From: Rhina ancylostomus
Lineage: Eukaryota
Direction of reading: 5' to 3'
Assembly: GCA_030265395.1 (NCBI GenBank)
Contig: JARFYF010000112.1
Coordinates: 81,111,479 to 81,175,478 of the forward strand
Length of the DNA stretch: 64,000 nt
Shown: piece by piece, positions 49,401 through 64,000 of the stretch
Layout of the letters: the number at the start of each line of letters is the position of its first letter
Position numbering within the stretch: position 1 is the first letter of the stretch
Program-made: the position numbers and the translations under genes
The notes under the pieces: generated by a model
What the model saw: only the letters and a program-made list of their open reading frames with translations
Databases searched by the model: none
Told to the model about the DNA's origin: nothing

Positions 49401-52400
49401 ACAAACCACTGAAGAGTAATCAGGACAGAGAAACCTTACTCATTTTTCTCTTTCATCTCCCTGCAACTGCAACATTAAAAGTGAACACTGCAGCAGTGGA
49501 ACCCCCATTCCACAACAGACCGCAGATTGAAACTTGATATCTTTGCCTCAGGACTACGGCCTAGCATGTTTCGCTATAGCTCCCGATTGTGAACAGAGGA
49601 GTTGCAATGACATGATCAACAACAGAGATTTGCTTCTAAGCTGTAATATGTAAAAAGACTTGACTTCATATGTATGGTTTTATTAGTAACCTTGTGCAAC
49701 TCTTTTCAACTCAGGCCCACTCATCTAGGTAACTACGACAACTTCTGTTTATCCAACACCAGCCATAAGTTTCAAAGTATACAAGCTAACTGCAGCAATT
49801 CCAGCAGGTGCTTCACCGCCACCTTTTCAAAGGCAATTGAGGGGGTAAACCCAATGCTGGTCTTGTCCAGTTATGCACATATCCCTAAGAATCAATAAAA
49901 ACTGTCCACAGTGTCTATTGCCTGGAGAACTTTAACCTGTGCACTGAAATTGCCCCATTGGGTACCTTCCCTCATCTCTATTATATTCTAAAACAGAACA
50001 CGTTATATTATTAATTCATGGATTCTGAAAATTAGATTAGTTGCATTATTGAATGACTATTTGTGACAGTTTTATCCCCTAATCCAGAGGTGGAAATATT
50101 GAATCTTTCTTGAATTTCCAGTGCTCGCTGATGAATTTTGAACATTCCTTTGCCTGCAAGTCTCTGTGGAGATAAGAACCATGCAGGAGGACAGGAACAC
50201 ATGGCACCCCCACATCAGTTGAAGTGCTGATTCAGATCCCTCCTCTGCAACATACACATCGCCAGTCCCCAATCCATTCTTCTTCTCCACAGACCTCACC
50301 CCTTCCCACTACTTTGTGCCTATTCCTAGATTCCCACTAACATCTCTCTTGCTCAGACTCCACTATCAACCTGTGTAAGAAAGTTGTCTAATTTGCAACT
50401 AATGCCTTGCACCACTGGATCAAGTGGTTAAGATTAAGACTACATCCTATAGAGTGTATTCCAGGAGTCAGAGTAAACTAAATCAGTGTGCTCAGCAGTA
50501 TCTTTCTACAAATATGGATGTAGTTTCTAAGTAGTTCAATAATGGGAAAAATTACTTACAGAAATAGGTTGTCTCAATGAACAGAGGATTGTTCTGCCAA
50601 TCCAGGTTGGGGGGGGGGAGGTGGGGAGGATACAACTGTTACCATAACTAAAGAACAAACTGTAAGTCAGATGCTAACAATTACTTCACAGCACGAGGAA
50701 CCTGAGGTACAATGAAATGATTTATGAAGAGTGTGAACAGCGTCATGTGGCACATATATCAGCATAGATTGAAGAGACAATATCTCTTTCATTTGATTAT
50801 AGCAGCCATCTTAAGGACCTCGAGCAATTGTTGCACATGTCCCAAGTAATATTCTATCTTAGTTTTAAAGTGTTTGTTCTTTTGCATTTTAAGACATCTT
50901 TTAAGGAAGAGTGCATTACTTTCAGTGAGTAATATGTTAGCTTTATTCTGATGGAGAAATATTCAGTTCTTTTATGGACCACTAGTCTTAGAACTGTGGA
51001 TATGAGCTAGCAGCCCATTTATAATGTTGGTTAACCATTGGAGACAGTTCAAACCATCACCAATTGTGAATATCAATGACTGGTAATGAATAACCCATCA
51101 TCTTTTTAAGGCAACCTTTTCCATTAGATGGTGTGGTTGAGGTTACAGCTCACAATATGAACCCATGTCCTTTCTTGTGTAGCATTTAAATTATACCACA
51201 GAATTCCACACAAAATACTGCATGATCAGAATATTACTTTAAGCACCCAGATAATAAGTTAAAGACAAATCCCTAATGAAGTTAAAAAGGTAAATTTTAA
51301 ACTAGTACTAAGCCTTTAGCAAGGGTACACTGAATCAAAATACAGATAAATCAATTGACTATCAAGAAACTTTAGCCAAAATAACCTTTAGAATGAATAT
51401 GCAGAGAAAAAGGTTATTTGGTTCACCTCACCTGTGTTGGCTCTTATAAAAAGATTCTTTTGAAACTTAGTAATGAACTTTTTTCCACCTGCTGTTTAGG
51501 CAGCATAACAATTCTTATTCCCTGCTATTCTACTGAAAATTACCTTTAATCAGTGTCCCTTGGTTACCAACACTCCTGAGGTATATTTGCCTGTTCTCAC
51601 TCAATCCACATACCAACGTGCATCATTTCAGATTTTTCCACATGGAATTTCACCTTTCTTGTTCCTTGCCCATTTAATGAGTCTATGCTCTCCTGAAATT
51701 TGTTGGGAAGATGGTAACTGCTTCATTTGTGTCACCTGTAAACTTTAAATGATGTTACGTATCGTCAAGTCCAGGACACTCATACAAGGTACAAGTGCAG
51801 TGGTCCTAGTGTCTACCCATGGAGGGCAACACTGCAAACTTCACTACTTCTAATAAGCAACTGTTCACCATTACTCTCTACTTTTTCTCAGCCAGTTCTC
51901 TTATCCATGCTGCCACTGCCCCTTTAATACCACAGAGTTTAGATAATAAATCAAGCATGTGATTACTTTTATTGTCCATAACTAATATTAATAGATTATT
52001 TCAGTGTGAACTCTGGATGCACATTTTCTACTCAAAGGGAGGAAGAAATCCTGAACACTTCCCATAATCCACAGAGTATTTGTAGTTTCTAAGACTGATA
52101 ATGGCATGTTTTTGTCACGTGGGGAATAGGGACTAAAGGCACTGAATGGCATTTAATCTGGCACTCATCAATGACCCAATTGCTTGGCTGAGGAGGCACA
52201 ATTGGTAGAATGATCTGCTCCTGTTTCTATGTGCAGGATGGACACAAGCTCTGCATCTCTTAGTTCTTTGAGCCACAGGGAGCACAGAGGCAATTAGCAG
52301 AGATTGCAGTATATTACAGTAGGTAGGGGATGTGGAAGAGAGAAAAGATGGAAATCAGAGAGAATTCATGATTTGAGCCACAGTGACTCCCAGCAGCTTG

Positions 52401-55400
52401 CTACTATAATAGCAACCTATTGTATCAGTACACCCACTAAACCACAAAAACCTCGAGAGGAAAAGGGGAAAAATATGTTCACAAAAATAAAGTTTTAAAA
52501 ATATTTAGATCCAACAAAATGCCAGAAGGGTTCTTTAATGCCCACAAGTGCACTTTGCAGATAAAACAGTATTTATATTTATTCATTCATACACTTTTTC
52601 TTGATAGACTGAACAGAGAGACAAATATGGAGGCAAGGACATGTTATAGAATTGTAGACCTGCCAGCAATTTAGGTAACACAAAACTGAAAACTTAAACA
52701 CATGCATTCTTGTTATTCTGCTTTTAATGATTTGTTTTATATTTTCCATTAGAGCACTTACTTCTCGCGAACCAGTGCCTTTATGGTCATTGAGATTTTT
52801 TTCTTCACTCTTTATTGTGGCAATTTTTATTTGGTGGAATATCAAAACTAATTGGAAGCAATTACTACCTGCAAAGGCAGCAGGTCTGTCAGAACCTTAG
52901 AAAATGTACTTTCTGGTAGTGAACCTTCAATTATGAGTTTGTCTTTTCTATTTCACAAGTTCTTTTGTGTATTTATAACATTTTCTCTTTTGGCTTTTTG
53001 AGCAGTAGCTTGTAGTTTGAATGTTAGCATTAGCTTAGAATTTTATATAGATATATAACATTGCCAACATCCTGTAAGCATATTTCCATCAATTTTTGCT
53101 CCCTGCTGAAAACTTCAAGGTTGTTTCAAAGGCTGTGGTAATTCTTGTGACTGTTCTTTAAATGTGGAAACCCACATAGGGGTTACTGACTATTCAACTT
53201 TTTCATTGGTAAGTGAAAATTACACCTTGCCCACCTCTTGCTGATACCCATGCACTTCCTGCCAGCATTCACAGGGTGGGATCATGGTTTTTTTCTCCTC
53301 GCTTTTGTCATCAACAATACCAAGCTCTCAATATACTATCTCAACTGCCTTGGCAATCAAGATCAGTCACCTGCATAGACTGAAGATGGAACCAGGGCCT
53401 CTCTGATTCACTTGACTTAATGTTGCATCTGATTTGTGAGCTTTGTTGCTAATCTGGTATAAAATTGTTACAGAAATACTTTGAGTTCTGTAGGACACTG
53501 TAGTCTAATAAAATGTCTTGATAGTTCCTGTAGAATACAGTAGATAGATCTAACTGACAGGATCAAACTGGGTTCAGTGCTGCTCTCTGCAAGATTTTCC
53601 TGGTATTTCTCAACAGTTTTACAATGATGGAATCAAGCTCAACATTGCAACATTGTCAGATTAGATGCTCAGCAGCACTGTGTTAGTTCTTTAAAAAAAT
53701 AAAAATCTTAATTTCTTTATATTCAATTAACATTGCATTTATGTTAAAAAAAATTCATTGCAGAGCAAGAAAGAAAAATTGTTTTTAAGAGAATCAGAGA
53801 GGTTTAATGTACTAAACTTCTGCTTCCATTTCAACTCTATTACTGTCAGCTCTTTACTTGAATTGAAATAAAGAGAATGGAAAATCAAATAAACGTGTCA
53901 GTCATAAATTACAGCAAGTTTTAGAATGCATTTGTTAGAAAACCAATATCATCAAACATCATTTCATCAGGCAATTGACTAATTGCACAAGACTTCTTGC
54001 ATCAATTTCAGATGGATAAAACTCTGGAAACAAATTCTATCAGTAGCTTTTGGCTAAGCATAAGGTAGAGAATTTGGAGGAACACCAAATAGAATGATGA
54101 ATTTTAAGATTAAAGCATAAATATTTTAATGTAACAAGGGAAAGAACAACATCTAAATAAACAGAGCAGGTAAGTAATGGCAGAGGACACTTGATGGGCT
54201 GAATGATCTATCTCTTCCTCAGTATTAGGGAAACAGAATTTCTATTTGCAACATATTACATCATTACTGATGTATGGATTTCAAATTCCACATTGTCAGA
54301 CTATTATGCCTATTCCTGCTGATCAAAGTCCTACAAAACATTCTGCACTAATGACACAAATCAGATTTTCTTTCTGTGGTAGTTATGACAATATGTAGAA
54401 CAAGGACTTATTTTCTATAAGCTGAAAATTCAGAGGTCAGATTTAAACTGGTTAAAAGATTAGACAGAGACACAAGAGATCGCAGATGCTGGAATCTGGT
54501 GCAACAACAATCTGCTGAAGGAACTGGAAGATGGGGCTTGAGAAAAGAAATTCACTTACTGAACTTTGGGCATCTGGAACTTATTGCTTGAAACAGTGGT
54601 AGAAGCAGAAATCCCCATCATAACTAAAAAGTAAGCACTTAGAAGACCTATGGATAAAGTTGGGATATGAAACTAAGAGTCCATTTTAGGCTGATATGGA
54701 CAAAATGGGCCAAATGATGTCCTTCATGTTTGAAAGCCTTTGATTCCATAGATATCCATAAGGGATGTTCATCAGCAATTTATCATGTCTACAGTGGTAG
54801 AGGGGATGAAATGGAATGGAGATGGTGCTCCAGCAGAGGCCAGCTAGATTATTTATTCTACCATACCATCACACACAATTCTTGAGAATCTTAAGGTAGA
54901 AAATCCTGTTGAGCACAACCCTTTCTAACAGTGACTTCTAAAGTTATGTCACCTCTGGTCTGTAGGTTGATAATTAGTACATCTTGTGCGCATCAATTAT
55001 TCTTTAATTTAGAACGTGGACATCACTGACAATGCCAGTCTCAGAAAGGCCAGACTAGGTGAGAATGGCCCTGTAGGGATGCATGTGGAAGTAAGAGGGA
55101 AAGTTTGTTGAGATTATTTTGCTTGGAAAATGTAATGAAAATGGATCAAATGTAACTGATTGTGATATAATGGAACGAACATGAGCAATAATGGGGAAGG
55201 AAGTGTAATGTTGAGTAAGTGGACCAGCAGCTAGCATTCTAAACCATTGATCCTGACACGAAGTCTGAATCTCACCATAACTACTGAGAAATTTAAACTC
55301 AGCTCACTAAATAAATTGCATTTGAAAAAAGCTAATTGCAGTAATGGTAACCATAAAACTACCAGATCAGTGTGGGTGAAAAAAAGAGATGGCATTGAAT

Positions 55401-58194
55401 TAACAATCAAATTTTTCATGTCCCTGTGTTCCACTGCATTTCACTTTATTAAGATTTTATGACAACATTTGAAGGTTATGGCAACACTGTTTTGGGTGTC
55501 TCATTGCTATCCAAGTAGGAACCCACTTATTCTAACAAAGATCACAAGAGAAAAAATCATGCCAAATGTCAAGATTTCAATCATTTTTAAAAGTATACTT
55601 AGAAAAAGGCTTGTGGTCATTAGACACTAGCAATACAAATTTGTAAACAATGCCAAACTTATGGATGTAACTGGATGATTTTAGCAAAATTTTTAAAATA
55701 TTTATACATTGAGCTCATGGAAAATCATGAACATGTCATTGAAGACTATGCTAAACTCACACAAAAGAGATTATGCCAGCATAGATCAGCCATGATTATA
55801 CTGAATGGTGAGGCAGGCTTGAGGAGCCTGGTGGTTTATTTCTGCTCCTATTTTCTTGTGCTATCATTCATAATATTTTTAGTATGCATAAAAAGGGTTA
55901 GTTTCATTTAAGTAACAAACTATGGATGTTTATTCTGCTCATATTTTCTGTATATGAAAGTTTATTGTTTGAAAATTAGTGCATCAGCACTAAAATACAA
56001 ATTCACATTAATGTATATCAAGATTGCAGATTAAATGAAGGGAACACCGCCAAGGATTTAATGGTAGAGTGGTAGATTGAATTAATACCCCAGGTAAACC
56101 TTCAAAAGCTATGCAATCTCTTCATCAGCTAGAAATAAATTAATTCTGGGATGTTCATGTGGGAATGTTATGCCATATTGAATTATTTTATTTAAGCTTT
56201 TCCCAGCATTTCAATAATTTCTTTCCATGCAGTTTGCACACAGTTCACTTCCAATAATGGGTGGTAGGAGAAGCTACAAGCAGCTAGAAAAATTATTTCT
56301 ACCATTACTTTATGCCCCAGGAACACTTCTTCCTTTCAAATTAGCAATGAAGTAAAAGCAAAAGAAACTGAGCCAAATTGTAAAATAGTACTACAAATTT
56401 AAGAACTTCTAGAAACTCTTATAGCTCTTGGTAATATTGCATGAAAGTGCAATGACACAATGTGGTACAAAGCATTACAAGCCAGCCACAGTAGATACAG
56501 TCACAGATTTCTATTTATTCCACTGTAACTATGCTAGTGTGCTCACTTTGTCTTGTCCTTGCAGAATGGATCACATGAATATGAAAAAAAAACAGGTGAT
56601 TAGATGTGACAACCCCAGAATAGAAAAGACTTCTGACATCAATCACCTTGGTTCTTAGTCAGACAATGAAGAATAGTTAGTTGGGCAAGAGAATCTCTCA
56701 AGAAGGTAGTTGAGGAGAGTGGGGTGGAATGGAGAAAGGAATAAAAAAATACACCACTGGCAGTTAAATAATACAGACAATTATCACTTCCATCAACCAA
56801 GGAAACAAGATAATTAAAAGATGGTAAAATCAAAGCCAGTGTCAAACAATGACATAAGACTTCATTTCCTCAGTTTGTTCAGGTAAACTTATCAGACTCA
56901 CAAATTAATTGGTTGTACTCAAATGTGGTGAAATTTATATCAATTATGTTGGTACTGTACATCAAGTACAGAATAAATAACTGATTACATCTCATTGAAT
57001 ACTGGCTGCAGAGACATTTCTCAATTCCATTAGTTTCACCAAACTCAAATTATTATCTGTTTCGCTCTCCATTGATGTTGCCCAACCTCCTGAGTATTTC
57101 CAACAGTTTCTGTTGGAATGACAAATGAGTATGGTGCCATGAATCAATTAATTGTGAAAACTCACTCTGGTTTAAATAGTGTTGGTTTTGTAGCCTTTCA
57201 AACCACTAATGCTGGATATGCATTTCATCTTGCTAGACAAAAACTCATAACTTTAGACAAAAAATTTTCAGAAGGGAAAATTCTTAAGTTTTGGAGTTTG
57301 TGCTCTTTTAACCCTATTTTTGAATGGCAAGATCATGTTATATGCTACTTCCTTTAATCATTAAGTATATATATTTTTATGAGAATAGGCTAGTGATAAA
57401 TTAAAAATTAATCATGTAAGATGGTAGGAAAGTAGCATTGGTGTGCTTTCTCTCAAAACTTGTTTGATCTGCTAATTACTATTCCATTTTCAAACACCAG
57501 AGTAGATGCAAACTTTAGCAGGACTAACATTTATTGTTATTACAAGATATTATTCCTAATGAACTTATGCTACTACTGCATGCTTGTTCTGATTTTCTTT
57601 TCATTGATTTTAATTTTGATAGGTGCAGAGATACAGTAGGCTCAAGGTTACATTTGCAGTTATAACACAACCCAATAAATAAAATCTATCCTATTGCTTG
57701 CTACTTCGTGAATGGGTAGGTGAATCAACTGCACAAAGTACATTGTCTTCAACACATGTTGCATTGCACTTAAATAGTGATTGCTTTCCTTCCATTCCCA
57801 CAATATTTGTGAAAGACAACTGGGTCTAGTTTATTGGTAAAGATCTTGTACTACTCCATGGAATGTACAAGAGGAAACCAATGTCTATGAAACTAACACT
57901 ACCGAGGTCAATAGAAATTTAATCTGAGCCCCAATGCTATTAAACACATTGTTTGTGTTCACTGAATTTATGTCATGCTAGTTAGTTCCATACCCATACA
58001 TATCTGCAGCATCATTTAGATAAGTGTCTCTGGATGTACAAGCAAAGCTGCAGTGAATAATTTCTCACTCAGATCTCTCAAGAAGTAAAGCAATGACAGT
58101 ACATGAAACTAAAAGTTATTAAACACATTAGCAGAAGACTAACAGCACCAAACTTTGAATATAGCCTTCAATCATTTCATTTTTAACTATATGC

Positions 58195-58535
58195 AGGATA
58201 TGGTGTTGTTAGTAATAGTGAGCACTTATAGCTCATCCCAAATTGCCCTGAACCAAATGGCCTTTTAAAGCCATTGCGGAAGGCACTGGAGAGTCAACCA
58301 CATTTGTGGATCTGGTGTCACATACTGAAGTCCAGATTGAGCAACAGGCACAGATTTCCTTCCCCCAACATACCCAAGCCAACAAATTATTATTATTTTT
58401 TTACAAGCCTGCAGTTTAAAAGTCACTATTGTGAATACTATCTAAATGAATTTAAATTCCCCTTCAACAATCCTGGCCGGAGAAATGATGCTGTTGAACT
58501 CACACCTTTGGATTTTAACCAGTACTACCATAGCC
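58195..58535 (-). mobile_element. Decayed SINE-like repeat (relatives near 20455-20640 and 39880-40080)
   Basis: gagtcaaccacat...cagatttccttcc...gaatttaaattccc pattern, partly shared with other windows of this sequence. Family not determined. Confidence 0.4.
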
Positions 58536-61265
58536 TATACTGAGCAAGTTAGTAATGAGTCTCTGGCAACTACGCTTAACTAATGACTTCATTAATTTGC
58601 AGGTAGTTAGATTTATACCAAATAAAATATCACCCAGTTTGAGTTTCTTACAATAATGATTTTGCAAGGTGCTTCAGGGTAAAAGCTCTATTACATTAAT
58701 TACTGCAAATACAACTCTTTTAAATAGATGTTTATATATGTAACTTTTATTCAATGAACAGTGGTTTATATAGCAGCTTATTGAATTAGAGGCTCAGCCA
58801 AATCAAAGAGTAAATCTTTTGCATTAAACTCTATTGTAAAATCCAGTACTTTACAACAATATTTGAGGTCAAGAACACAACAGGAACAAGACAGCTAAAG
58901 ATTTAAAAACACAAAATACTCCAGGCTTTGGAAATCCAAAGTAACAATAGAAAATACTGGGAATATTCCACTGGTCAAAATGGATGAAAGATTATTGACC
59001 TGAAAAGTTAATATCCTCTACACACGTTGCCTGACAAGACAAAGATTAATCTTACATTTAGACATGCCCCTGCACATTACCCAACATCTTCTTGCCACTT
59101 GTATAAACTCATCATTTACAGTGAAGCGTATTTTTAAATAGTAAAAGGATTAGAATTCAGTGATATGTGCTATGAGATTGACAAAGTTTGGCATTAATGT
59201 TTAGTTTGCATTTAGAGATGGGAAAGGAAAAAAAGACAGAACAATGAGAACACTAGAGATAGGTTCTGTATCTATGTTATTCTACAAATAGAAATAATAG
59301 AATAGCAGCACCATAACTCTGACTCAGTATTCAAACTCCAAATACAAACAGCATTAGGTCCGATTTCCAGTGACTTCTGAACACTGCTGTAAATTTCCTC
59401 TCAGCCATGCAAACCTGTTCATAAAGGAACAAAAACAGAGCAAAGGAAGAACTGAATGTGTTCACTCCTCTTCCCATTCCATCAACCTACTTCACGCCAA
59501 CAGAAGGAAATAACAGAACTCTGCAAACCTAGCTCACTACCCACTCTAGTGAAAGCACAGAAGCAAAATAGTAGGAAATCTAAAAGAGCAGTTAGCAAAA
59601 GGGATATTTCATATAAAAAGGTGAAACCAGTGCAGTTCAATGAAAAACTATTATGCAGATTTATTGAAAAGCAAAAGCACATTTTAAAATGTAATCACTC
59701 TGAGCTCAGACTACACTGAATACTTTTCCAACTAGAAAAGGGATAGAACACTTATAGCAGTGCAAATATTAAGCAGAATTTTGTGTGCGCATCAGGATGA
59801 GTAGAAAATGTAATAGACAGGAAAGCTGTGGTAAAAGGGTTCACAAAGCCAACATTTGACACAGGCTGGGCTTCTACATATTATCTAATCACAGTGACAT
59901 TAGCTCTCCTATTATTTCCACGGGTGAATTCACAACCAGCACGTGAACAATGAAGACTAACAAAGTGCCCTCAGACACGAGACTGCAGATGTGAAATCTG
60001 AAGCAAAACACTGCTGGGGGACCTCAGTGCGTCAAGCGGCATATGTGGAGGCAAAGGGTTAGTTGTCCTGAGTGCCCGTCTGATGCCCAATTCATGCTAC
60101 ATTAAATGATCTTATCTGGAGCAAGGATAACATTGTGACCATTTACCTAAACTCCTCCAAAACATAAAAATAAACATATCTTCTGAAGCATCATCCAGTC
60201 TCATGATGAAAAGGGCACATTCAAATGCCATGGAGAAACAGGATTGAGCTTAGCTACGAAACCAATATCCCTATCCTTCTCACAACACAACCTGTCAACA
60301 TTAAGAGGTCAGTGAACTCAGGAGTACAGAAAATACAAGAGATGGAAGATCTGAAAACTCTTATCTGCCTTTTTCGCCAGAGACTTCACCTTGCTCCTGT
60401 TTCCTTTTTGGCTACAAGAATTGCAAAAAACATCAATCATGTGCCACACTTCCCAGGGAATGCAGTGTTATTTCTCTTCTTGATTTTTTTTACTTGTGGG
60501 GGAATAGGGGGTTTAGCTGGGTGATAATTGAAAATTTCACTATGCAAGAGCTAATCACTGCTATGTTGACAAAGGGGTCCAGCTTTGCAAAACAAGCCTA
60601 AACTGGCAACCATACTTGCAGGTAGTTCAGCACAGACATGGCAAGCTGTCGAAGGTAACCACTACTCCTTTCAATATGAATGAACCTCAATCAGCTGACA
60701 ATTTCTGTTATTATTAGCTTATACCAGGATTGGGGTGGCTAGAAGAATGCAGTGTGGTGTGAAGAGTAATAAATGTTGGGTGGAAAAAAGTGTTTGACAA
60801 CAGAGCTGTGCAATTTCCCAAGCTTTATACTGTAATGATTCAGCAATACTTCAGACTCTGTTGTGGCAAGACAATATTAAAAAAGGGTCTTAAGACTTTC
60901 TGATGGCTTCAGTCATAAACCTGAAGATGCATTCTGTTTCAAATTATTTTCATCATGGGCAAGTTGAGCAATAAGTTTGATTATTCTGTAAAGATGTTAA
61001 TCATAAAGTACCAACGAATATACAAAACACAAAATTGTAATGGGAGAACACAAATAATCTTTATGTTTTCAGCCACTTTTCCACAATTTTTTTTCCCCAA
61101 TAAAATGACATAGTTCAACTTTGGTCAACAATTTATACAGTGACACATACCAGTGTGGTTAATCTCAGAAACAACAAGATAACCAATGCCCATTATCGAG
61201 AGGGTGGGAGTGCAATTTAACACACCCTAACTGAATCTCAATACAATGTAATCATGGACACGTTA

Positions 61266-61271
61266 TTTATT
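61266..61271 (-). terminator. Candidate polyadenylation signal of zmym3
   Basis: AATAAA on the minus strand followed ~35-45 nt downstream by GU-rich gggtgtgtt. Alternative signals near 61351, 61740 and 62555. Confidence 0.35.
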
Positions 61272-63456
61272 AGAAATAATCTAATAAAATGCACAATTGC
61301 ATTTCCACAAGCAGATTTCATTTAACAAACTCAGACCACCTTTTCTCTACTTTATTTCAAGGCAAGAGATAGTATTTTGAAACCATTATACCACTCAATG
61401 TAGGTCAAGATTAGTATTTCAACCAACCCATCTACCAGGAATTTCTTTCAAGTGGAGAAGACATACTTCTTTACAGATTACAACTTAACATAAGATATAA
61501 AAAGGGTCATTATAGTGTCCCTACACTAAATACCCTAAAAATGGTTCACTGTGGACATGTAAATACCTTTTTTCCTAAATTTTACATCACATCCAAAAAA
61601 GTACAAGTTCTGAAATGATCAAGTGAAACTCAACTGCTTTCATCTAAGGATAGGAGTTTTAACAATTAGTGATTGTGGTACAGCAGTTTATAAACCCGCA
61701 GCATCAGGTCCATTCAGTTTGCATAAACAGCTTTAAATTTTTATTTTAAAAAAAATGAAATTTAATGCATGTCATCTTGGCAAACCTTCAGGTTACCAAT
61801 TGAACACTGTACAGATGTTTACCATTTTAAAACATTGTTTACACTGATCTAGCTCAATGAAACAGCTTTTTTTTGATATATAATACAGAAAAACACACAA
61901 GAGACAGTATCCCCTTTTTTGATCCCCTTTCCTCCTGGGCTCCTTCAAATACTGAATTTCTTCACAGGTCAGCTGACCGGCCTGGTAGCACATTGACACA
62001 GCAAGTATTCCTGCTCAACAAAAATCAAACCAGAGGCAAACAGTTCAATCTATTAGCTACCAGCAAAAGTTGCAATTCTTTTATTTTCGAAAGAGTATTA
62101 CTTCAAATACTAATCTGCTATTTGCATTCTTAAAGAGAGGATTTGTCTGGACAGTCTTACAGGTCAAGTGATGAAAGCATTATTGCACAGGTTAATGTTT
62201 CTCAGTGTACGAGCAACATGGATGATACAAGGGAATGATAGTACTATTTCAGCAGAAAATAAAAACTGGAGTTAGAAATGACATCAAACTAAAAAAAATT
62301 GTCCACGTAAAACTTCTTCTCACCCCCCACTTCAAATATATTGCAAAGTCCACTGTGCTAGTAAATTATGGTATTAACTATAAATGTTCACAGCCTTTTT
62401 TTGGTTATAATTAAAAATACACAAAATAGAATCAAATATTTTTATAGATTCAGACATCAGTTAACATTTCAGCAAGGGGTATAGGAAAGGACAATTTGTT
62501 ATACTGATGTTCCACTCTTCCTCTCCAGCAAAAAGTTTCCTCAGAAAATATTTATTTATTAATTCCTTAAATTGAGTTAAGACCTAGCAGGCTGTTCTAC
62601 AAAATGTCCTTAAGAGAAACACTTGCCTCTTACTGGCAGTAGTTGTTTCACCTTTTAAATCACTTACAAAAGAATGTTTAAAAAATACTACTCTTGCACT
62701 CTGGATAGAAATCTCCTTGCCCATTCCTCCTCCCATCTTTCTCAGGGAGACAGTTGAAAATAAACTTTTAATGTAAAAGCTGAATGCAAGGATATTCCAG
62801 ATATGGGTTAGTATGACACATGAATCTGGAAGCATGTACTTTGCACCATCATTTGCCTTCAAATTTTCCTTATCCTTATCAGCAGTGTAGCAACTGAGAA
62901 AAAATTTCCAATATTATTTAACCTCAGTAACAGACTTAAGATCACCCTACTCTTCCCCTATTGTGTTCCTCTTTTTCTAAAAATGGTAGCAATAAGTGGA
63001 ATGTTCTTGAAGGCAGGCTACTTTATAGCATCTAAGATCCCACTTTGCTGGACCATTTTTTTTAAGCAATGCTAAAATCCCAAGAACTGCAATTAAATGA
63101 AGGACTCTCCCACTGCATCAGCATGTACACTGCTAACTGTGTCAACTTTTCCATTTAGAGCAAGTACAAAGCTGCTTGCTTATTGACTGCAAGAGCTTTA
63201 GGTTCAAAGCAATTTTTTTTGGTCTCTAGAGAATGTTATGTACACCCAATTGTCAGCAAGTGCACTCAAACTAAAAGGGATACTGTCTCCAAACAATGGT
63301 GATAGTCTAACCATCTCTGCTCTCACAAACAGGCCACATGACTCTGCAAGTACGTGTGTAGTAATTTTTTTCCGCAGCACCAAGTAGGCCAGCCTATAAT
63401 GACCCATTGTTTTTCTAAAAAAAAGTAACAGAACTTTGTACAACATCTACTACACA

Positions 63457-63658
63457 TCATCCTTCAACGTCATCATCTTCTAGTGAATCCTTCGAATAGT
63501 CATCATAGATTTCTTTCACGGCCATGATTCGGTTCAGCATGCTCTCCAACATACTCCGATCCATGGGAATAACTGAGTACCATAGGGGGCTCTCTGCCAC
63601 ACAGGAGCGCTCTGGCTGCAAGTAGAAAACGTCATTCCTGCTCTTCATACTCTCAGGG
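63457..63658 (-). CDS. zmym3: Zinc finger MYM-type protein 3, last coding exon (gene continues beyond the window)
   Basis: Acceptor ttttttttcttcttgtgtttctgtag| at 63659-63660 (phase 2, completing a Cys codon). Then PESMKSRNDVFYLQPERSCVAESPLWYSVIPMDRSMLESMLNRIMAVKEIYDD...*, nearly identical to the ZMYM3 C-terminus (PESLRTRNDVFYLQPERSCIAESPLWYSVIPMDRSMLESMLNRILAVREIY). Adjacent to gjb1 as in human. Confidence 0.93.
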
Positions 63659-64000
63659 CTACAGAAACACAAGAAGAAAAAAAAACATTACATACAAAAC
63701 AGTATTAACTTTTGTTGTTCCTGTCCCCTACAGAGTTGCACTCTGCAGACAAATACATACCAAGTTGTTTATCCAAAAGTTTTGTAGAAGCTAAGAATAC
63801 TTTGCGTGTAACTCCTCTTCCTTTTCTTCTGACACAACTGGGAAATTGATTCCCAAGAGTGGCATCAAACCATACAAAAACATAGCTGAAGGTTTGATTC
63901 CTGAGTTTACTAACTTCTGTCAGACAGCCAGTGCTTTCATTGGTCACTTTGTGAAATTTGCATGCAATCAAGGAGCTAAATATAGTGACACCCGTCTCAT

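Noticed and set aside
1-64000. CRISPR arrays, operons or other prokaryotic systems
   Set aside because: Vertebrate DNA; no regularly spaced repeat-spacer array or prokaryotic gene organisation seen.

Overview
Vertebrate genomic DNA, most likely from a cartilaginous fish. The taxon is inferred from the repeat repertoire (V-SINE/HE1-like and Deu-domain SINEs, CR1, L2, RTE, Rex1/Babar, Penelope termini). It is a draft assembly with many ~100-N gaps. Three protein-coding features are supported: single-exon connexin gjb1/Cx32 (7113-7958, +), a single-exon alpha-connexin of the gja2/Cx39.9 (GJA3-paralogue) type (42365-43423, +), and the last coding exon of zmym3 (63457-63658, -). This gives a gjb->gja-><-zmym block. 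The rest is intergenic, intronic or UTR sequence rich in decayed transposons, including hAT and PIF/Harbinger transposase fossils. The most notable observations are: (i) minimal type-I hammerhead ribozyme cores in Penelope-like terminal repeats, two of them nearly intact (22263-22300 -, 23350-23383 +); (ii) retention of a GJA3-paralogous connexin between gjb1 and zmym3, absent at the human locus; (iii) a ~13 kb CpG-retaining domain between the connexins; (iv) SOX-type dimer sites and a TSD-flanked L1 insertion just upstream of gjb1. All calls were made by eye, and repeat boundaries are approximate.
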